Assembly (NCBI GenBank): GCA_951406725.2
Contig: OX597814.1
Coordinates: forward strand, 32,922,001 to 32,986,000
DNA length: 64,000 nucleotides
Source of the DNA: Octopus vulgaris
Lineage: Eukaryota
Reading direction: 5' to 3'
Under the pieces are notes generated by a model. That model was not told the origin of the DNA. It saw nothing but the letters and a program-made list of their open reading frames with translations, and searched no databases. This document shows, piece by piece, positions 11,979 through 24,996 of this stretch. Each line of letters begins with the position of its first letter. Within the stretch, counting starts at the first letter, position 1. A program made the position numbers and the translations under genes.

Positions 11979-13429
11979 ATATATATATAAATATATATAT
12001 ATATATAAATATATATATATATACCGCAGGAACAAAAAATAACCACAATGGTTCTATATCTACTGATATCTTGTTGCTATCATCAGCGATATAAGCAGAC
12101 AAAAGCATCATTAACTACATGAAAATAACAACAGTAGCTACATCAGCTTGTGTGATTACATGAACTCGACATTTCGGACTATACTATATAATGACGGTAA
12201 CATGAGTAACATGACCACTAATTAAGTTCGGTAGTAATGGATATGACAACACTTTTATATAATGACTCTCATAACAGACGTATAACCGTCATCCCTACTA
12301 CTCGCACCAACAATAACTATAACAGCAACAGCAGCAACAACAACAGCTGCAGTAACTAATGAGGAAATTTCTATGAGTCGGATTGATCTGGTAGAAATCC
12401 CTGCCGAATGAATTGCATTCATACTTAATTATCTGAAAGGAAAGCTGGATGGCCACGACTTCAACCTATTTTATCATAGGGAAATTCTATTATGAGGATC
12501 TCTTGTTAAACAACAGCAATGACAAAAGCCTTTGATTATTGTCAATTCTACAACTGGCACCAGCAGCAACAACAATTACAACAGCAGCAACAACTATTAC
12601 AACAGACAATTGCAGTTTTCGAGATGGACTGAGCTGCTAGGAATTCTTGCTAAATCCCCCGCAATTAATACGCAGTTATCATAATGGAAGACTGGATTGT
12701 CATGACTGGAACTTATTTTATCATAAGCTGGTTCTATAATCACAATCTGTTGCGAAAGAGCAACAATGGCAGTGGATTTCTGACTTACTTAACTGAGAAA
12801 AAATTGTCGTAGTAAGTAGATACACTTTGACTTATGCAATCCTAGATCTAAATTGTCTGAATGCAATACGTAATGGGCAAAGCTGATGCCTCTTTGATCA
12901 TATATTTCAGTCTTCAGAATTGAACTAGAATTTAAACAATAACATCACCAGCCATTTTAAGAGCAACAACAAATATAAGACAATACGTTCTGACGAACAA
13001 TCACCACTAAAAACAACCAAAACACACAATAAACTACTGTAACAAAAATAATAGCATCTAATCACGAGTAAACGAGCTAAATATTGCTGACAAATCAATC
13101 ACCAAAAGGAATATACTCTAAAGAATTAATCCAGTACAAGATAGTATTGTGAATCCGTATGGTCTAGCTGTTAACATGTTCCGATATTCGGACAGAACGA
13201 GCGGTGCGATGTATTCTTCAGCAAACCACTTCATTTCGCATTGATCTAGTTTACCCAGCTGTACAGAAATATGAGTGATAGCACATCAGCATAAACAATG
13301 GAAATGAGATATATTTGTTTAATTTCTGCAAATTGCATTAAAATATTTTTAATCAACCACTAACGTTGTTTCATTTCGAATTAAACCTTTAATATTCTAT
13401 TATTCTTTTGTGCGTATTATGGTGTCAGT

Positions 13430-14420
13430 ACATTACAGGAAGGGATTGTGAACATTACCGTCGCAGGCCTCCTGAAACTGGTAAAGAGTGGCGTGGTTAA
13501 TGTTCTTTGAGAACAGTTGAATGTTCAAGGTTGCAAAACGAGTCACCGACCTGGGAAGAAAACAACTGGACGTAGCGGCAGAGCCAGGGAAAATGGCAAT
13601 GAAGAATGAACGATGAAGAATGTAAAAGAGATCCTCACTGGGGGTGAGAGTGAACATTTGTATCGGCTTTCCGGATTCTAGTTGCTCGCTATTTATATTT
13701 TTGAAGTGGAGGAAATATTGCTTTCTTAGAAAGTTTAGTGAATGTATCTCGCATCCTGTAGGGACCTATCTTACAGAACATACAATTTTAACATAGCCAT
13801 AACCTCATCTCAGACACCTGACTATTTTTCGCAAAATCAAAAAAGTATCTGTCAGCCATATAACCCTCTCAACTGCAGGATACTGCTACCATATCTGGGA
13901 TGTTGGTACTGTTGTATATATATTTCTTTATTGCCCACAAGGAGCTAAACATAGAGAGGACAAACAAGGACAGACAAAGGGATTAAGTTGATTACATCGA
14001 CCCCAGTGCGAAACTGGTACTTTTATTTATCGACCCCGAAAGGATGAAAGGCAAAGTCGACCTCGGCGGAATTTGAACTCAGAACGTAACGACAGACGAA
14101 ATACCGCTAAGCATTCCGCCCGGCGCGCTAACGTGTCTGCCAGCTCGTACTGTTGTATATACAGGCACCCTAACTAGATCCAAAGAATGGCAACTGGACT
14201 GATCGAAACGATGTCACCCAATAAAACACTCTCACCGCTGGCCAGCAGAAGTGCTGTCTCACTTTTCTGTCATTATCCCATCTACTAGAGTGTTCTAGTC
14301 CCCATGAATATGGCTGTTCTCTTTACACCCCATAAAGACACTCTATAACGTTCGCTGCCATGTCTCTGTCTCTGCAATGGATGCTATGCCCAGTCATTAC
14401 TTCCACGGTTGTAGACTTAT
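13430..14420. mobile_element. Degraded CR1/Jockey-group LINE 3' fragments (plus-strand piece about 13740-14420; possible inverted 3' piece 13430-13660)
   Basis: Plus strand reads GYCYHIWDVGTVVYTGTL...QRMATGLI across the SINE insertion. The minus-strand piece ends in NIQLFSKNIN. Confidence 0.5.
13921..14146 (-). mobile_element. SINE family A with a perfect 15 bp target-site duplication
   Basis: gtactgttgtatata at 13906-13920 and 14147-14161 flanks a near full-length copy. Confidence 0.93.
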
Positions 14421-15442
14421 CTTGCACATGTTATTTCTGCACGCTTTACATTATTATTTTTTTTTTGGTTATAAAGTGCTCACAACGAAATAAACTATAA
14501 TAATACGCAACAATGTTTCCTTCAGGTCACATGCCATAGGTAAGGTAATCTATCTTTCTTTCTATCTATATTTCTAACTATCCATTAATCAGTCTATCAA
14601 TTTTTAGATCTGTAAACCTTTTATGGAAAATTATACCTCCTTACACTTTCTTGTACTGTACTACATTTTATTTTATTTTATTCTGTTCTATTCTATCTCA
14701 TTTTATTTTATCCTTTTTTATTGTCTTTCAAACCACCCCTACATTTATCTTTATATATCGTACCCATTATGTTAAACTGTCCTATGTCTAAATTTCGCCA
14801 AATGCGTTATTTTTTTTATTCAATACTAAATTTTGCTTGCAATAGCTAATTCATTTGGTTAAACTAACGTATCTCCAGTTACTTCAGATGCCAAGATATG
14901 AAAATTGTCAGTGTTGTACAACGGTTTAGCATCTTTCAAAAGTGTAGCAAGTCCCACATACGACAGTTTTGCAAAATTATTTCTGACTGAAAATATCATA
15001 TATGCATGGACTTACGATTTTAGGCACTCAACAAAGTATTATTTGTAAAAAGAAATAATGGTGAAACTATTGTTTCGTTTTCTGAAATAGCATCGTTTTG
15101 GACTCACGGCACTTTTACATAATAGCAACGATATATACAGTAATATACTTCACTATATCAAGACCCGCTTTAACAAATCCCGGGTTTACGAGTTTATTTT
15201 TCCAGCACAAGGTCCAAATTTTGAGCGAAGTGCAAAAGTTTCTACTACCATAACAAATGCTTCAGCGTGTCACCGAGAAATTTATAGTGAGCGAAAAAAT
15301 GTTTCTTCTAGACATGATTTTTTTTTAAGTAAGCTATAATTCCGTTTACGAGTGCGTGTGAATCACGATCGCGTCTACAAGCGATGGTGTGCGCGAGTCT
15401 AATGCGAGTGAAAGGGATTCAGAAATCGATTATAATAATATA

Positions 15443-15839
15443 TCTTTATATATAAAAGAGAGGTTATGTGCTGTCTGTCTCCTACGATTTAGATTCCTAA
15501 CTACTCCCACATTTTGCGGTGCAGTTTAACCAAAATCGGGTATCTTATAGTCGTGATTCATATCGAGCCCTTCTGGGTATTAGCGCGCGTCTACGATGAG
15601 TCTACGATTTAAAAAAAAAATACCATCAATTTTTCCCATTTTTAATGCATTTTTGGCATATATAAGGGAAGTAACTCTCTAAAAATTTATTATTAAATCT
15701 CAGAACGTAAAAAGCTACGGTAACACCCCCCCCCTTTGTGGTTAGCCATATTGAGATGGCTATTATACTTTACATCTCTAAAAATGCTTATATAGTTATT
15801 TCCCTTACAAACCCGAGCAACACCGGGCGATACTGCTAG
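15443..15839 (+). mobile_element. Non-autonomous Helitron (397 bp)
   Basis: Inserted between A and T. 5' TCtttatatataaaa, subterminal hairpin cccg-agcaacac-cggg, 3' CTAG. A second copy lies at about 56881-57175. Confidence 0.85.
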
Positions 15840-15869
15840 TTTTATTATAAATGATCTTAACAATTTTTT

Positions 15870-16075
15870 ACTTTACTCTTTTAATCTGTTACTTGTTTCA
15901 GTCATTTGACTGCGGCCATGCTGGAGCACCGCCTTTAACCGAGCAAATCGATCCCAGGACTTATTCTTTGTAAGCCTAGTACTTATTCTATTGGTCTCTT
16001 TTACAGAACCGCTAAGTTACGGTGACGTAAACACACCAGCATCGGTTGTCAAGCGATGTTGGGGAGACAAACACA

Positions 16076-16113
<38 letters not shown>

Positions 16114-16294
16114 TACATATGCATACATACCACAGGCTTCTTTTAGTTTCCATCTACCAAATCCATTCACAAGGCTTTGGTCGGCCAAAGGCTATAGTAG
16201 AAGACACTTGCCCAAGGTACTACGCAGTGTGACTGAACCCGGAACCAAGTGGTTGGTAAGCAAGCTACTTACCACACGGCCACTCCTGCGCCTA
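15870..16294 (-). mobile_element. SINE family B (tRNA head, CORE-like box, internal (TG)n, 3' tail)
   Basis: Reverse complement starts aggcgcaggagtggccgtgtggtaagtagc...gggttcagtc...accttgggcaagtgtc. Many copies in the window. Confidence 0.88.
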
Positions 16295-17054
16295 TACTTA
16301 CCACACAACCACTCTTGCGCCTATACTTACCACGCAGCCACATCTGTGCCTAAATATTCTTTACATTCTACTGTAGTTTTATTGTCATTTATTGACGAGT
16401 ATTATAAATTTTAAAGGTAAAATATTTTTCTGGGAACGAATTACAAATCATAACATTACTACTATGGGTAATTATTGCTCTGCTATACGAGTTTTTGCTC
16501 TACAAGCGGTCCGGGTGTAAATGAACTCCTATATCAAGGTATTACTATATATATATATCCAAAAGGTAAGTTATCGTTTTTGACGTAGCCGGATGCAAAA
16601 GTGTGTTCTACTAATGTACATAAAGAAGCGCACGCTTATAGTCTTTTACTTGTTTCAGTCATTTTTACTCTATCTTAACCATGCCACGGATAACTTCAAG
16701 GTCAACTGCTGGATTTTTGACAACCATATTCAATTCCCTTTTCCACTTAACACACACGCTCACGCACACATTTATAGAAATATAGACCTATTCTGTGTGC
16801 ATTCTCATTTACACTTTTGCATTATTTCGTTTACTTTTCTCTTTTGTTGTTGTGTGCACGTACGTACAGACACACACGCAGACGCACAAACACACACACT
16901 CAAAATTTTGGATTAAGCGCCAATGAATTTTTCATTGCTTTATGAATAAGCAATTCGATCTGCCTATTTCATCACTGTTTTTCTTAATATATTATTGAGT
17001 GTGTAAGTTTCTTCTGGTATTAATGCCTTCCGGAATAAGCCAATTGTAATGCAA

Positions 17055-17109
<55 letters not shown>

Positions 17110-17163
17110 TGTGTGTGTCTGTAATATAAATAATATCTACATATGTATATATGTATGTATATA

Positions 17164-17199
<36 letters not shown>

Positions 17200-17390
17200 G
17201 TTAATCCAAACAAGAGAGCACAAAAAAACACAACAACACGAGGACGTGGAACAAATATAGTATTATTGTACGCTAAGGAAAGAAGGAGGGTTTAACGTTT
17301 CGAGCGGAGCTCTTCGTCGGAAACATAGGAGAAGGAAAGATCCAGAGAAGGGAAGACAGAGGGAAAAAATCGCCAACGGTACCACACTTG
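17200..17390 (-). mobile_element. Non-coding PLE-type terminal repeat with a minimal HHR motif (17290-17324)
   Basis: Minus strand GTTT-CCGACGA-A-GAGC-TCC-GCTC-GAAAC-GTT-AAAC. Homologous to 38950-39160 and flanked by (TA)n. Confidence 0.7.
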
Positions 17391-17401
17391 GGAATGGATG
17401 C

Positions 17402-17439
<38 letters not shown>

Positions 17440-17449
<10 letters not shown>

Positions 17450-17801
17450 TATAATTTTTCTACCGTCTTGGCTTAACAGCCCTCACCGTTTGTTTTTACT
17501 GTTTTGTACCCACTGTCCTCTTCTTGTTACCACTCTCACCCTCCGCAAAAAAAAAACCAAATTTTATTTAATTTGCTTTGCGGGAAGGACTGTTTCAATG
17601 AAGTCGCGTCTTGTACTTGCCATCGTACCGCGGAGTAGATGAAACAGGGACAACTGAAGAAGGGGAATATTCTTTATGTTGCATGTCTCGTTTCTTTGTT
17701 TATTTTCGTTGTTCGGGAAAAAAATTTCGTTTGTATGTTTTTGTTTTTTTTGTTTTCGTTTCTCATTGTATTCAACGTTCTTTTGATGTCCTGTACCCAT
17801 A

Positions 17802-17810
<9 letters not shown>
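17440..17810 (+). mobile_element. Non-coding PLE-type element, homologue of 46270-46745
   Basis: Shared blocks ttggcttaacagccct, gcgggaagg, ggagtagatgaaa, ctgaagaaggggaat and tgtcctgtacccatat. Sits in (TA)n. Confidence 0.65.
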
Positions 17811-17848
<38 letters not shown>

Positions 17849-17903
17849 TGTGTGTGTGTGTGTGTAGTATGTACATATATGTTTGTATATATGCATATAT
17901 ATA

Positions 17904-17944
<41 letters not shown>

Positions 17945-17945
<1 letters not shown>

Positions 17946-18790
17946 CAGTTTAATGCTGAAAAATTCCAAGCCCTGCGCTACCAGGATCCAAAACTGAACT
18001 GGAAACTTACAAGGTGCACCGGTCCACAGGGAATTTCAATCCCAGAGCCTAAATCAGTGAGTGATGATACCTCTTTCCAAGCGCACATTACCAGGATGGT
18101 GACAAAGTGCAGACGACTGGCTGGATGGATCCTAAGTACATTCTGAACCAGAGATAAGAAAACCATTATGATCCTCTAGCGGACATTCGTCCTCAGCCGC
18201 CTAGATTACTGCTCACAGATACGGTCACCCACCAGTATGAAATTAACAGCGGATCTTGAAGCAATCCAGAGAAGATTCGCAAAGATGATCGTCTCTTTGC
18301 AACAGCTCATCTACTGGGAAAGGTTGAAACAGTTAAGGCTCTACTTCCTGGAGAGAAGACGGGGGATGTATGCAGTAATATATATCTAGAAGATCCTGGA
18401 AGGAATTGTGCCAAAATTTGGCATTGAAAGCTACACCAGTGTCAGAACGAGACGACACTGCATAGTGCCAAAGATCCCAGCAACGCCATCGCGCTTCAGG
18501 ACCAGTTACTGCAACAGCCTGGTTTTCAGGGGCCCACAGCTTTTTAATATTCTCCCAAAGAGCCTGAGGAACCTGGACAAAGTAGATGTAGGGGTTTTTT
18601 AATCAAAGCTGGACCTCTTCCTGTCGAGAGTCCCAGATGAACCTACCGCACGGCAAGAGGTGCAAATGAAGGTAGCTATATCAAACTTTCATTCTTCACC
18701 AAGTGACACATATTAGAGGTGGCTCTTAGTAATAACAGTGTAGCAAAACGGTAATGCATCAGCTTGGCCGCAGCTCTGAGCTGAAGCTAG
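17945..18790 (+). mobile_element. CR1-group LINE, 5'-truncated ORF2 C-terminus and 3' UTR
   Basis: QFNAEKFQALRY, VLSRLDYCSQI, DLEAIQRRFAK, YWERLKQLRLYFLERRR, FRGPQLFNILP and SKLDLFLSRVPDEP, with stops. Confidence 0.88.
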
Positions 18791-18795
18791 AGAGA

Positions 18796-18869
<74 letters not shown>

Positions 18870-19235
18870 GTGAAATATAGATACTGTCAAAGAAGCTATC
18901 AAATGGTCTAGATGGATGCTACGAATGGCCCTAAATGTGAAATGGCAGCAACATATGACAAATTAACGCCTTTATAAAGACGTGCCGATAGTTAGCTACG
19001 ACTATCTGGTCAGTGTGTGCACCACGCTGAGTTGGTAGCAGCCAAATTACTCTTGTGAAACCCACTTCATGGTGATGTAAGAGGAGGAAATCGTCATTAC
19101 AGATACATCGACAACTTGACTACAGACACTGGCCTGGAATGTATCCACGACCACGCGGATGATGAACCGAGAAGTGTGACGCGTGGACTTTATTGTTCCA
19201 GCCAGGCTTAGAACCCGGCCAGAATAAATAATAAT
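18870..19235 (+). mobile_element. RTE-like LINE 3' fragment
   Basis: MLRMALNVKWQQHMTN, YIDNLTTDTGL and MMNREV, followed by an (AAT)n tail. Confidence 0.7.
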
Positions 19236-19529
19236 GATAACTCATATTTCATATTTTCCTTTGTTTTGATATTTTATACATATTTTCCTTAAAAAAGGTT
19301 TTATTACATTTTACAATGTAGAAAAGAGCATCTTCATTAAAAGGCGACCTAAAGATAGATTACACTTTTCTCAAAAAAAAAAATCCATTATACTGACAGA
19401 ATAAAATGTGGTCGCCTTTTTGCCGAGTTCTCTGTGGTACAGTGAATTTAAATGGGTATGAAAGACTGTTTAGAATTTCAAAGGCACAAAGCGTGTTTTA
19501 CCGCTAATTCATCACGATTTAGCTTTAAT

Positions 19530-20290
19530 CTTTCATCTTTTACTTGTTTCAGCCATTCAGGTGCACGACCTTGAAAGAGTTTAGTCGAATGAACTGACCC
19601 CAGTATTTATTTTCCGTTAAAGCCCAGTACTTATACTATCGCTCTTTTTAATTAATGGTTACGTTACTGGAGCATAAATATTGGGTTGTCCGGAAAGTTC
19701 ATGCCGATTTTTAAAGGAAAGAAAAAAGTCAATAAATACTTGCCATTACATTTTTAAACAACCAAATATGAACCATTTTGTTGCACAATGACTCACCGTC
19801 TTTCGTTTAACTTGAAAATACCTTCTTCCCAGAATTGAGGTGGTTTCATCGCAAAGAATTCATCAAGGTATCTTGTTACATCATCCAAGAAATCGAAATT
19901 TTTACCATTAAGACTATTCTGCAGAGATCTGAATGAGTGGAAAACCGAAGGAGCAATACCTGGTGAATATGGAGAGAGGAGCAACACATCTCAGCCGAGC
20001 TGCAGCAATTTTTGTCTGGTTCCCAAATCATCAAGTGCCGAAAATGAACTTTCTTATATTCAATTTAAAGGGCTACAGAATTAACACAGGTTATAGGAAC
20101 ATAAATCTTCTTCTACGAAAAGATAGCTTAAACTGTGCTCTAAATGGAGGTGTAGTCAAATCCTATTTTATGGACTCAACCATGTTCTAAAATATGTCAA
20201 AAAATGTAAGCTACAATAAATCGGCACGAACTTTCCGGACAACCCAATACACAAACAACAGTTGTCAAGCGGTGATGGGGACAGACACAG

Positions 20291-20324
<34 letters not shown>

Positions 20325-20467
20325 TAACATTTAGCAGAAGCAACAGAGTGACTCAAGGTCCGAGACCGAGAGTTTCGTGCGTTGACGACGTGCGAAGCTA
20401 CTTGCCCAAGGTGTGAACCAGAACCATGTGGTTGAGAAGCAAGCTTCTTACCACACAGCCACGCCTA
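19530..20467 (-). mobile_element. SINE family B copy interrupted by a mariner
   Basis: Tail at 19530-19680. Remainder (cagttgtcaagcgg, (CA)n, cttgcccaagg, cttaccacacagccac) at 20250-20467. Confidence 0.75.
19681..20247 (-). mobile_element. Internally deleted mariner (567 bp)
   Basis: TIRs ttgggttgtccggaaagttcatgccgattt / aaatcggcacgaactttccggacaacccaa with TA on both sides. Residual SPYSPGIAPSVFHSFRSLQNSL...FWEEGIFKL. Confidence 0.93.
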
Positions 20468-20519
20468 ATTAGATCCTTTTTTTTTACATAAAAATTCATA
20501 AAAAATAATTGAATTAAAA

Positions 20520-22000
20520 CTTCTTGCTGCCACTAAAGGAGCCACGTTTCTCATAAATTAAGTCTCAAGACGGTTCGTCAAAATTGGTCTTAAAACTGTT
20601 TGATTCAAAGTTTCATTTACTACGAGCCATAATTTAATTGTGATTGCACGAATGGCTAAATCTGAGCTTGCTGAAGGCCTAACAGAAGCAATTTCTATGA
20701 CTGCTTTGAAATGAAAAGATGTTAAAATTATACTTTATGTTTCTGGTCGTCAAAGGATATGACGCAAAATTTTGGATATAGATAATGTTCCAAGTAAAAC
20801 AATTGAGATATTGACTAATGATTCTGTTTTGGTTCTATATTTAAGAGATGAGGAATTATGTACATTATTTACATTATTTACAATTGACGGATATTTATCC
20901 TCATCTTGTTTGTTGTTAACACAACGTTTCGGTTGATATACACTCCAGCCTTCATCAGGTGTCTTGGGGAAATAATAATAACAATAACAATAATGATGAT
21001 AATAATAATAATGATAATAATAATAATAACAACATCGAAAAATACCTTAGGAATGAGAATCCAGGTTCGAAATTTCCCCCAAGATACCTGGAGGGTATAT
21101 CAGCCGAAACGGGCTAACAACAAACATGATGAGGACAAATATCCGCCAATTATAAGCTTCCGTCTTAGTTATGTAAAATCACTGATTGATGACAGAAGTC
21201 ATTAGATTTTGTGAAGAAAACGTCAGCATAAACTTTGACTGTCTACAACGAACAGCAAGAACATATTCAGCTGATTGAAAACCAAATTTGAAAGGGACCT
21301 AGTTGGCACTGGCTGTGGTGCACACTTGATATTGAAACATATATCGTTTAAAATTTTCAAATAGTTTTAAAAGTATAAGTAGCTCGTTTATCACAGCTAC
21401 AACAATTTTGTGACTTTGCCTTGGTAATATTAAATTTTTGTCAATACTACCAGTAGCTCAAAGAATTCTTCCATTTTTGCTGGCTTGAAATTTTATGTTT
21501 GTTTTCAAGGACACTGCCTGAACTGATAAAAAAATATCAATGAAAAGGATTTTGGAGGAAATTATTTATGGCTTGTATGTGGGCAGTTTAGAGTTGTTTG
21601 GTACATTGATACTGGCTATGGACTGAGACAATTCCAATGCAGCAGAATTCAAATCTAATTATAAAGACACAAATGAGAAAGAGAGAAGTTATGAATTTGT
21701 GTCTCAGAATACAAAGGCCAAGCAGAAACAAAAACTTGAAGAAAATGGGCAAAATATTGAAAAAGTGAAGAAGAAATTTTAGAATTAATGGAAGATATCT
21801 CTCATGCTTAGACTAAGGTGAGAGAATTTTGAACAGCCGGGAAACATCATGTGGATATAGCTTGGTCCACTTCTGTGTAGCGTGCAATTATGATTAAGCA
21901 GAGGACTAGAAAGCAAGAAATAAATATTGATCTATTATTTGATGAAGTTGTTACTGAAAAGAGCTTTTGGGCTTCTATGGAAAGACAGAAATTTTAAGTA
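20520..22000 (+). mobile_element. Highly degraded hAT-like transposase
   Basis: Fragments SKLVLKLFDSKF and LVGTGCGAHL (hAT C-x-x-H motif) with many stops. Interrupted by the element at 20820-21152. Confidence 0.5.
20820..21152. mobile_element. Non-coding PLE-type inverted-repeat element with a minimal type I HHR (20918-20963, minus strand)
   Basis: GACAC-CTGATGA-A-GGCTG-loop-CAACC-GAAAC-GTT-GTGTT. An inverted partial copy lies at about 21070-21152, around an (AAT)n spacer. Confidence 0.8.
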
Positions 22001-22273
22001 TGAAGAAAAGTGGCCAAGTGTTTTATTAATTTCAAAGAAAAATACATATTAGTAAAAAAAAAACAACTTACTTCTGTAGTATGAAAGTAGAATACTTTAA
22101 TTGTTTTCCTAGAGTACATCTACGAGTGTACTTGAACACGTGTTTTCTATAATAAAAAAAAATGTGATCATATAGCAGAGGCAATACGATAGAAGATACA
22201 GTCGGAGACCATCTGATGACAGAAATAAACTTTCCACTAAGCTGTTCTGAAGATTTTAACAAAAAACATGGAA

Positions 22274-22593
22274 TGGAAGCACTCCGTCGGTTACGACGAC
22301 GAGGGTTCCGGTTGATCCGATCAACGGAACAGCCTGCTCGTGAAATTAACGTGTAAGTGGCTGAGCACTCCACAGACACATGTACCCTTAACGTAGTTCT
22401 CGGGGATATTCAGCGTGACACAGAGAGTGACAAGGCCGGCCCTTTGAAATACAGGTACAACAGAAACAGGAAGTAAGAGTGAGAGAAAGTTGTGGTGAAA
22501 GAGTACAGCGGGGAAAACCACCATCCCTGCCGGAGCCTCGTGGAGCTTTAGGTGTTTTCGCTCAATAAGCACTCACAACGCCCGGTCTGGGAA
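22274..22593 (-). mobile_element. SINE family C, 5'-truncated
   Basis: Close reverse complement of 45400-45726. Confidence 0.9.
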
Positions 22594-23489
22594 GAAATAG
22601 GCGTGTTCATGGCTCCGAAGCAAACAGATGTTCCAGAATTGGGGGATGATGGTTTTCGTACATGTTTGGCTTTCCTTGTTGGCATCACCAAGCATCTGAA
22701 TACACTCAGATTGAAACTCCAAGGTGAGTCAGACATGATTATGCAAATGAGTGACAACATCACTGCTTTCAAAAATGAGACTAAGTCTGTGGGAGAAACA
22801 ATTACTACTAAAAAAAACTTTTACCATTTCCCATCGTTTTAAACGTTGAAATCAGTAAACTGTGATGCACTACAGAAGCGTGTGGAACTTATCAACAGAC
22901 TACAGAGATAATTTGACAGACGATTTAAAGAATTGAAGGAAATGAAGTCACAACTTGATGTGTTTTCGAACCCATTTGCTGTTGATATTAATGATGTTCC
23001 TTCCTCTTTTCAAATTGAACTTATTGACATCGCATGTGATTCAGCATTAAACCAGAAGTTTTAAGATGCTGGAGTGCTTCAATTCTACACTTATGTTGAC
23101 CCTGTGAAAATGCCCAAATATCATGTTTGTTTAAGAAGGTGTTGTGTATGTTTGGAAGGACATATTTGTGTGAGAGTTTTTTTTTTCTTAACCTTAAAAT
23201 TGAACAAGACGTACCTGCGTCTCAGGCTGACAGATGAACATTTGAAATCATCCTTAAGATTGACAACAATAAGAACAATAATGCCTGAAATTTTCGAGCT
23301 GATTAAGAAAAAGTGGTGCCAGAAAAGTAGCCAGTAGTTTTGAACAGAGAGTAAATTCTTCGTATATATATATTCCAAAGAATCCATTACAAATCAACCC
23401 AATCACAGCTATAATCCATAAGATGCCAACTTCAAGTCATACAACACCTCACTACTTTCACCCATTCATATTCTCCCTTCTCTTTTTTT

Positions 23490-23690
23490 CTCCTTCTTCC
23501 TCTTCTTCTTCATCATCATCATTATCATCATCATCGTCATCATCATCACCATCATCATCATCTTCTTCTTCTCCTTCTCCCTCTTCTTCTTCTTCTTCTT
23601 CATCATCATCATCAACATCGTCATCTTCTTCTTCTTCTTCTTCTTCTTCTTCTTCTTCTTCTTCTTCTTCTTCTTCTTCTTCTTCTTCTC
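23490..23690. repeat. (TCA)n/(TTC)n trinucleotide microsatellite
   Basis: Direct inspection. Confidence 0.95.
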
Positions 23691-23734
23691 CACCTTCTAC
23701 CTCTTAACTTTATCACTAATGCTTTTTAGTATAA

Positions 23735-24168
23735 CACCTACGCAAATTCCATAAACAAACCTTTCAATAGAAATATTCTCCTGAATTGAACTGCAACTGC
23801 TAGCGGCCACTGACCATTCAAAATACGACCATCAAGGCACTCCCAAATTTTTCCACCCCCTCCCCTCATCAACATTCTTCTTCTTCTACCCTTCCAAGAA
23901 TTCACAACTGCCTCGAACACACAAGTGCAAACAAGGGAGACAGAGAAAGGCAGAATGCCACTTATATTTGAACACTATACAAATATTCCTTTAAAAAAAC
24001 TTTTCTTCTAATTTTTCTAAATTTAATTATTTAATCGTTACAGTTGAAAAGCTCTCAAAATGACCGAAACCGGTACTGAAATGTTCTTTATAAAATTATT
24101 TTAGCATTTTCTATTTTGATTTGTTTTTTCATATATATCAACTCGTGTGTTCCTTTTCACCCTTATAC

Positions 24169-24170
<2 letters not shown>
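23735..24170 (+). mobile_element. PLE 3' end relic with a decayed HHR (about 24039-24082)
   Basis: KYSPELN-like end of a GIY-YIG domain. tacag-ttgaaaa...gacc-gaaa-ccgg-ta-ctg. Ends at (TA)n. Confidence 0.45.
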
Positions 24171-24239
<69 letters not shown>

Positions 24240-24546
24240 TCTGTGCGTGTTATTTGCCATAAATATGTCTAACCATCATTGTCATCACTTGTTGAGAGAT
24301 AAATATGATACCTTTGCTTGACAATAGAATTCTAGAGTCTTGATTTATAATCTGTTATTATAAAACTAATGGAAAACAGCGTCAGGTATAGCTTTTCTTT
24401 CAAAGAGTTCCAAGCACACCGAGAAAAATTTTTGTGACTCTTTAAGTCTCCAACCGACATGAGGAGTGGCCCTCGAGTCATTTGAGTTGGAGACCCCTGA
24501 TTTACACACACACAGTACAACAACTGCGTTGATCTCTTAGAGAGAT

Positions 24547-24578
<32 letters not shown>

Positions 24579-24589
24579 CTTTTACTCAT

Positions 24590-24996
24590 TTACACTTTTA
24601 GTTGTTTCTGTCATGTGACTGTGGCCATGTTGGAACACCGCCTGTATTCGATCAAATCGACCCCGGGACTTATTCTTTGTAAGCCTAGTACTTATTTTAT
24701 CGGTCTCTTTTTTGCCGAACCGCTAAGTTACGGGGACATAAACACACCAGCATCGGTTGTCAACCGATGTTGGGGGGACAAACACAGACACGCAAACACG
24801 CACATACATATATATATATATATACATATATACGACGGGCTTCTTTCAGTTTCGGTCTACCAAATCCACTCACAAGGCTTTGGTCGTCCCGAGGCTATAG
24901 TAGAAGATACTTGCCCAAGGTGCCACGCAGTGGGACTGAACCCGGAACCATGTGGCTTGTAAGCAAGCTACTTACCACACAGCCACTCCTACGCCT
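24590..24996 (-). mobile_element. SINE family B, full length
   Basis: Collinear with 15870-16294 and well conserved. Confidence 0.9.

Larger units (their letters stand above)
15138..16547. mobile_element. Degraded pogo/Tigger-like MITE hosting nested insertions
   Basis: ta-cagtaata at the left end and tattacta-ta at the right end. Subterminal tacgagt and tacaagcg motifs recur on both sides of the nested Helitron and SINE. Confidence 0.45.
22590..24499 (+). mobile_element. hAT (Charlie/Buster/SPIN, GTF2IRD2-like) transposon 3' half with later insertions
   Basis: LAFLVGITKHLNTLRLKLQG, FSNPF, QIELID, MFGRTYLCESFF and LRLRLTDEHLKSSLRL (22590-23337). Right TIR gttggagacccctg (reverse complement CAGGGGTCTCCAAC) ends at 24499. 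Confidence 0.85.

Noticed and set aside
16046-16414. Recurring ORFs of the type GYSRRHLPKV...LLTTQPL (also 24767, 60842) and PAVLFHHNFLSLLLP (22321, 45479)
   Set aside because: They are chance translations of SINE copies, not a protein family.
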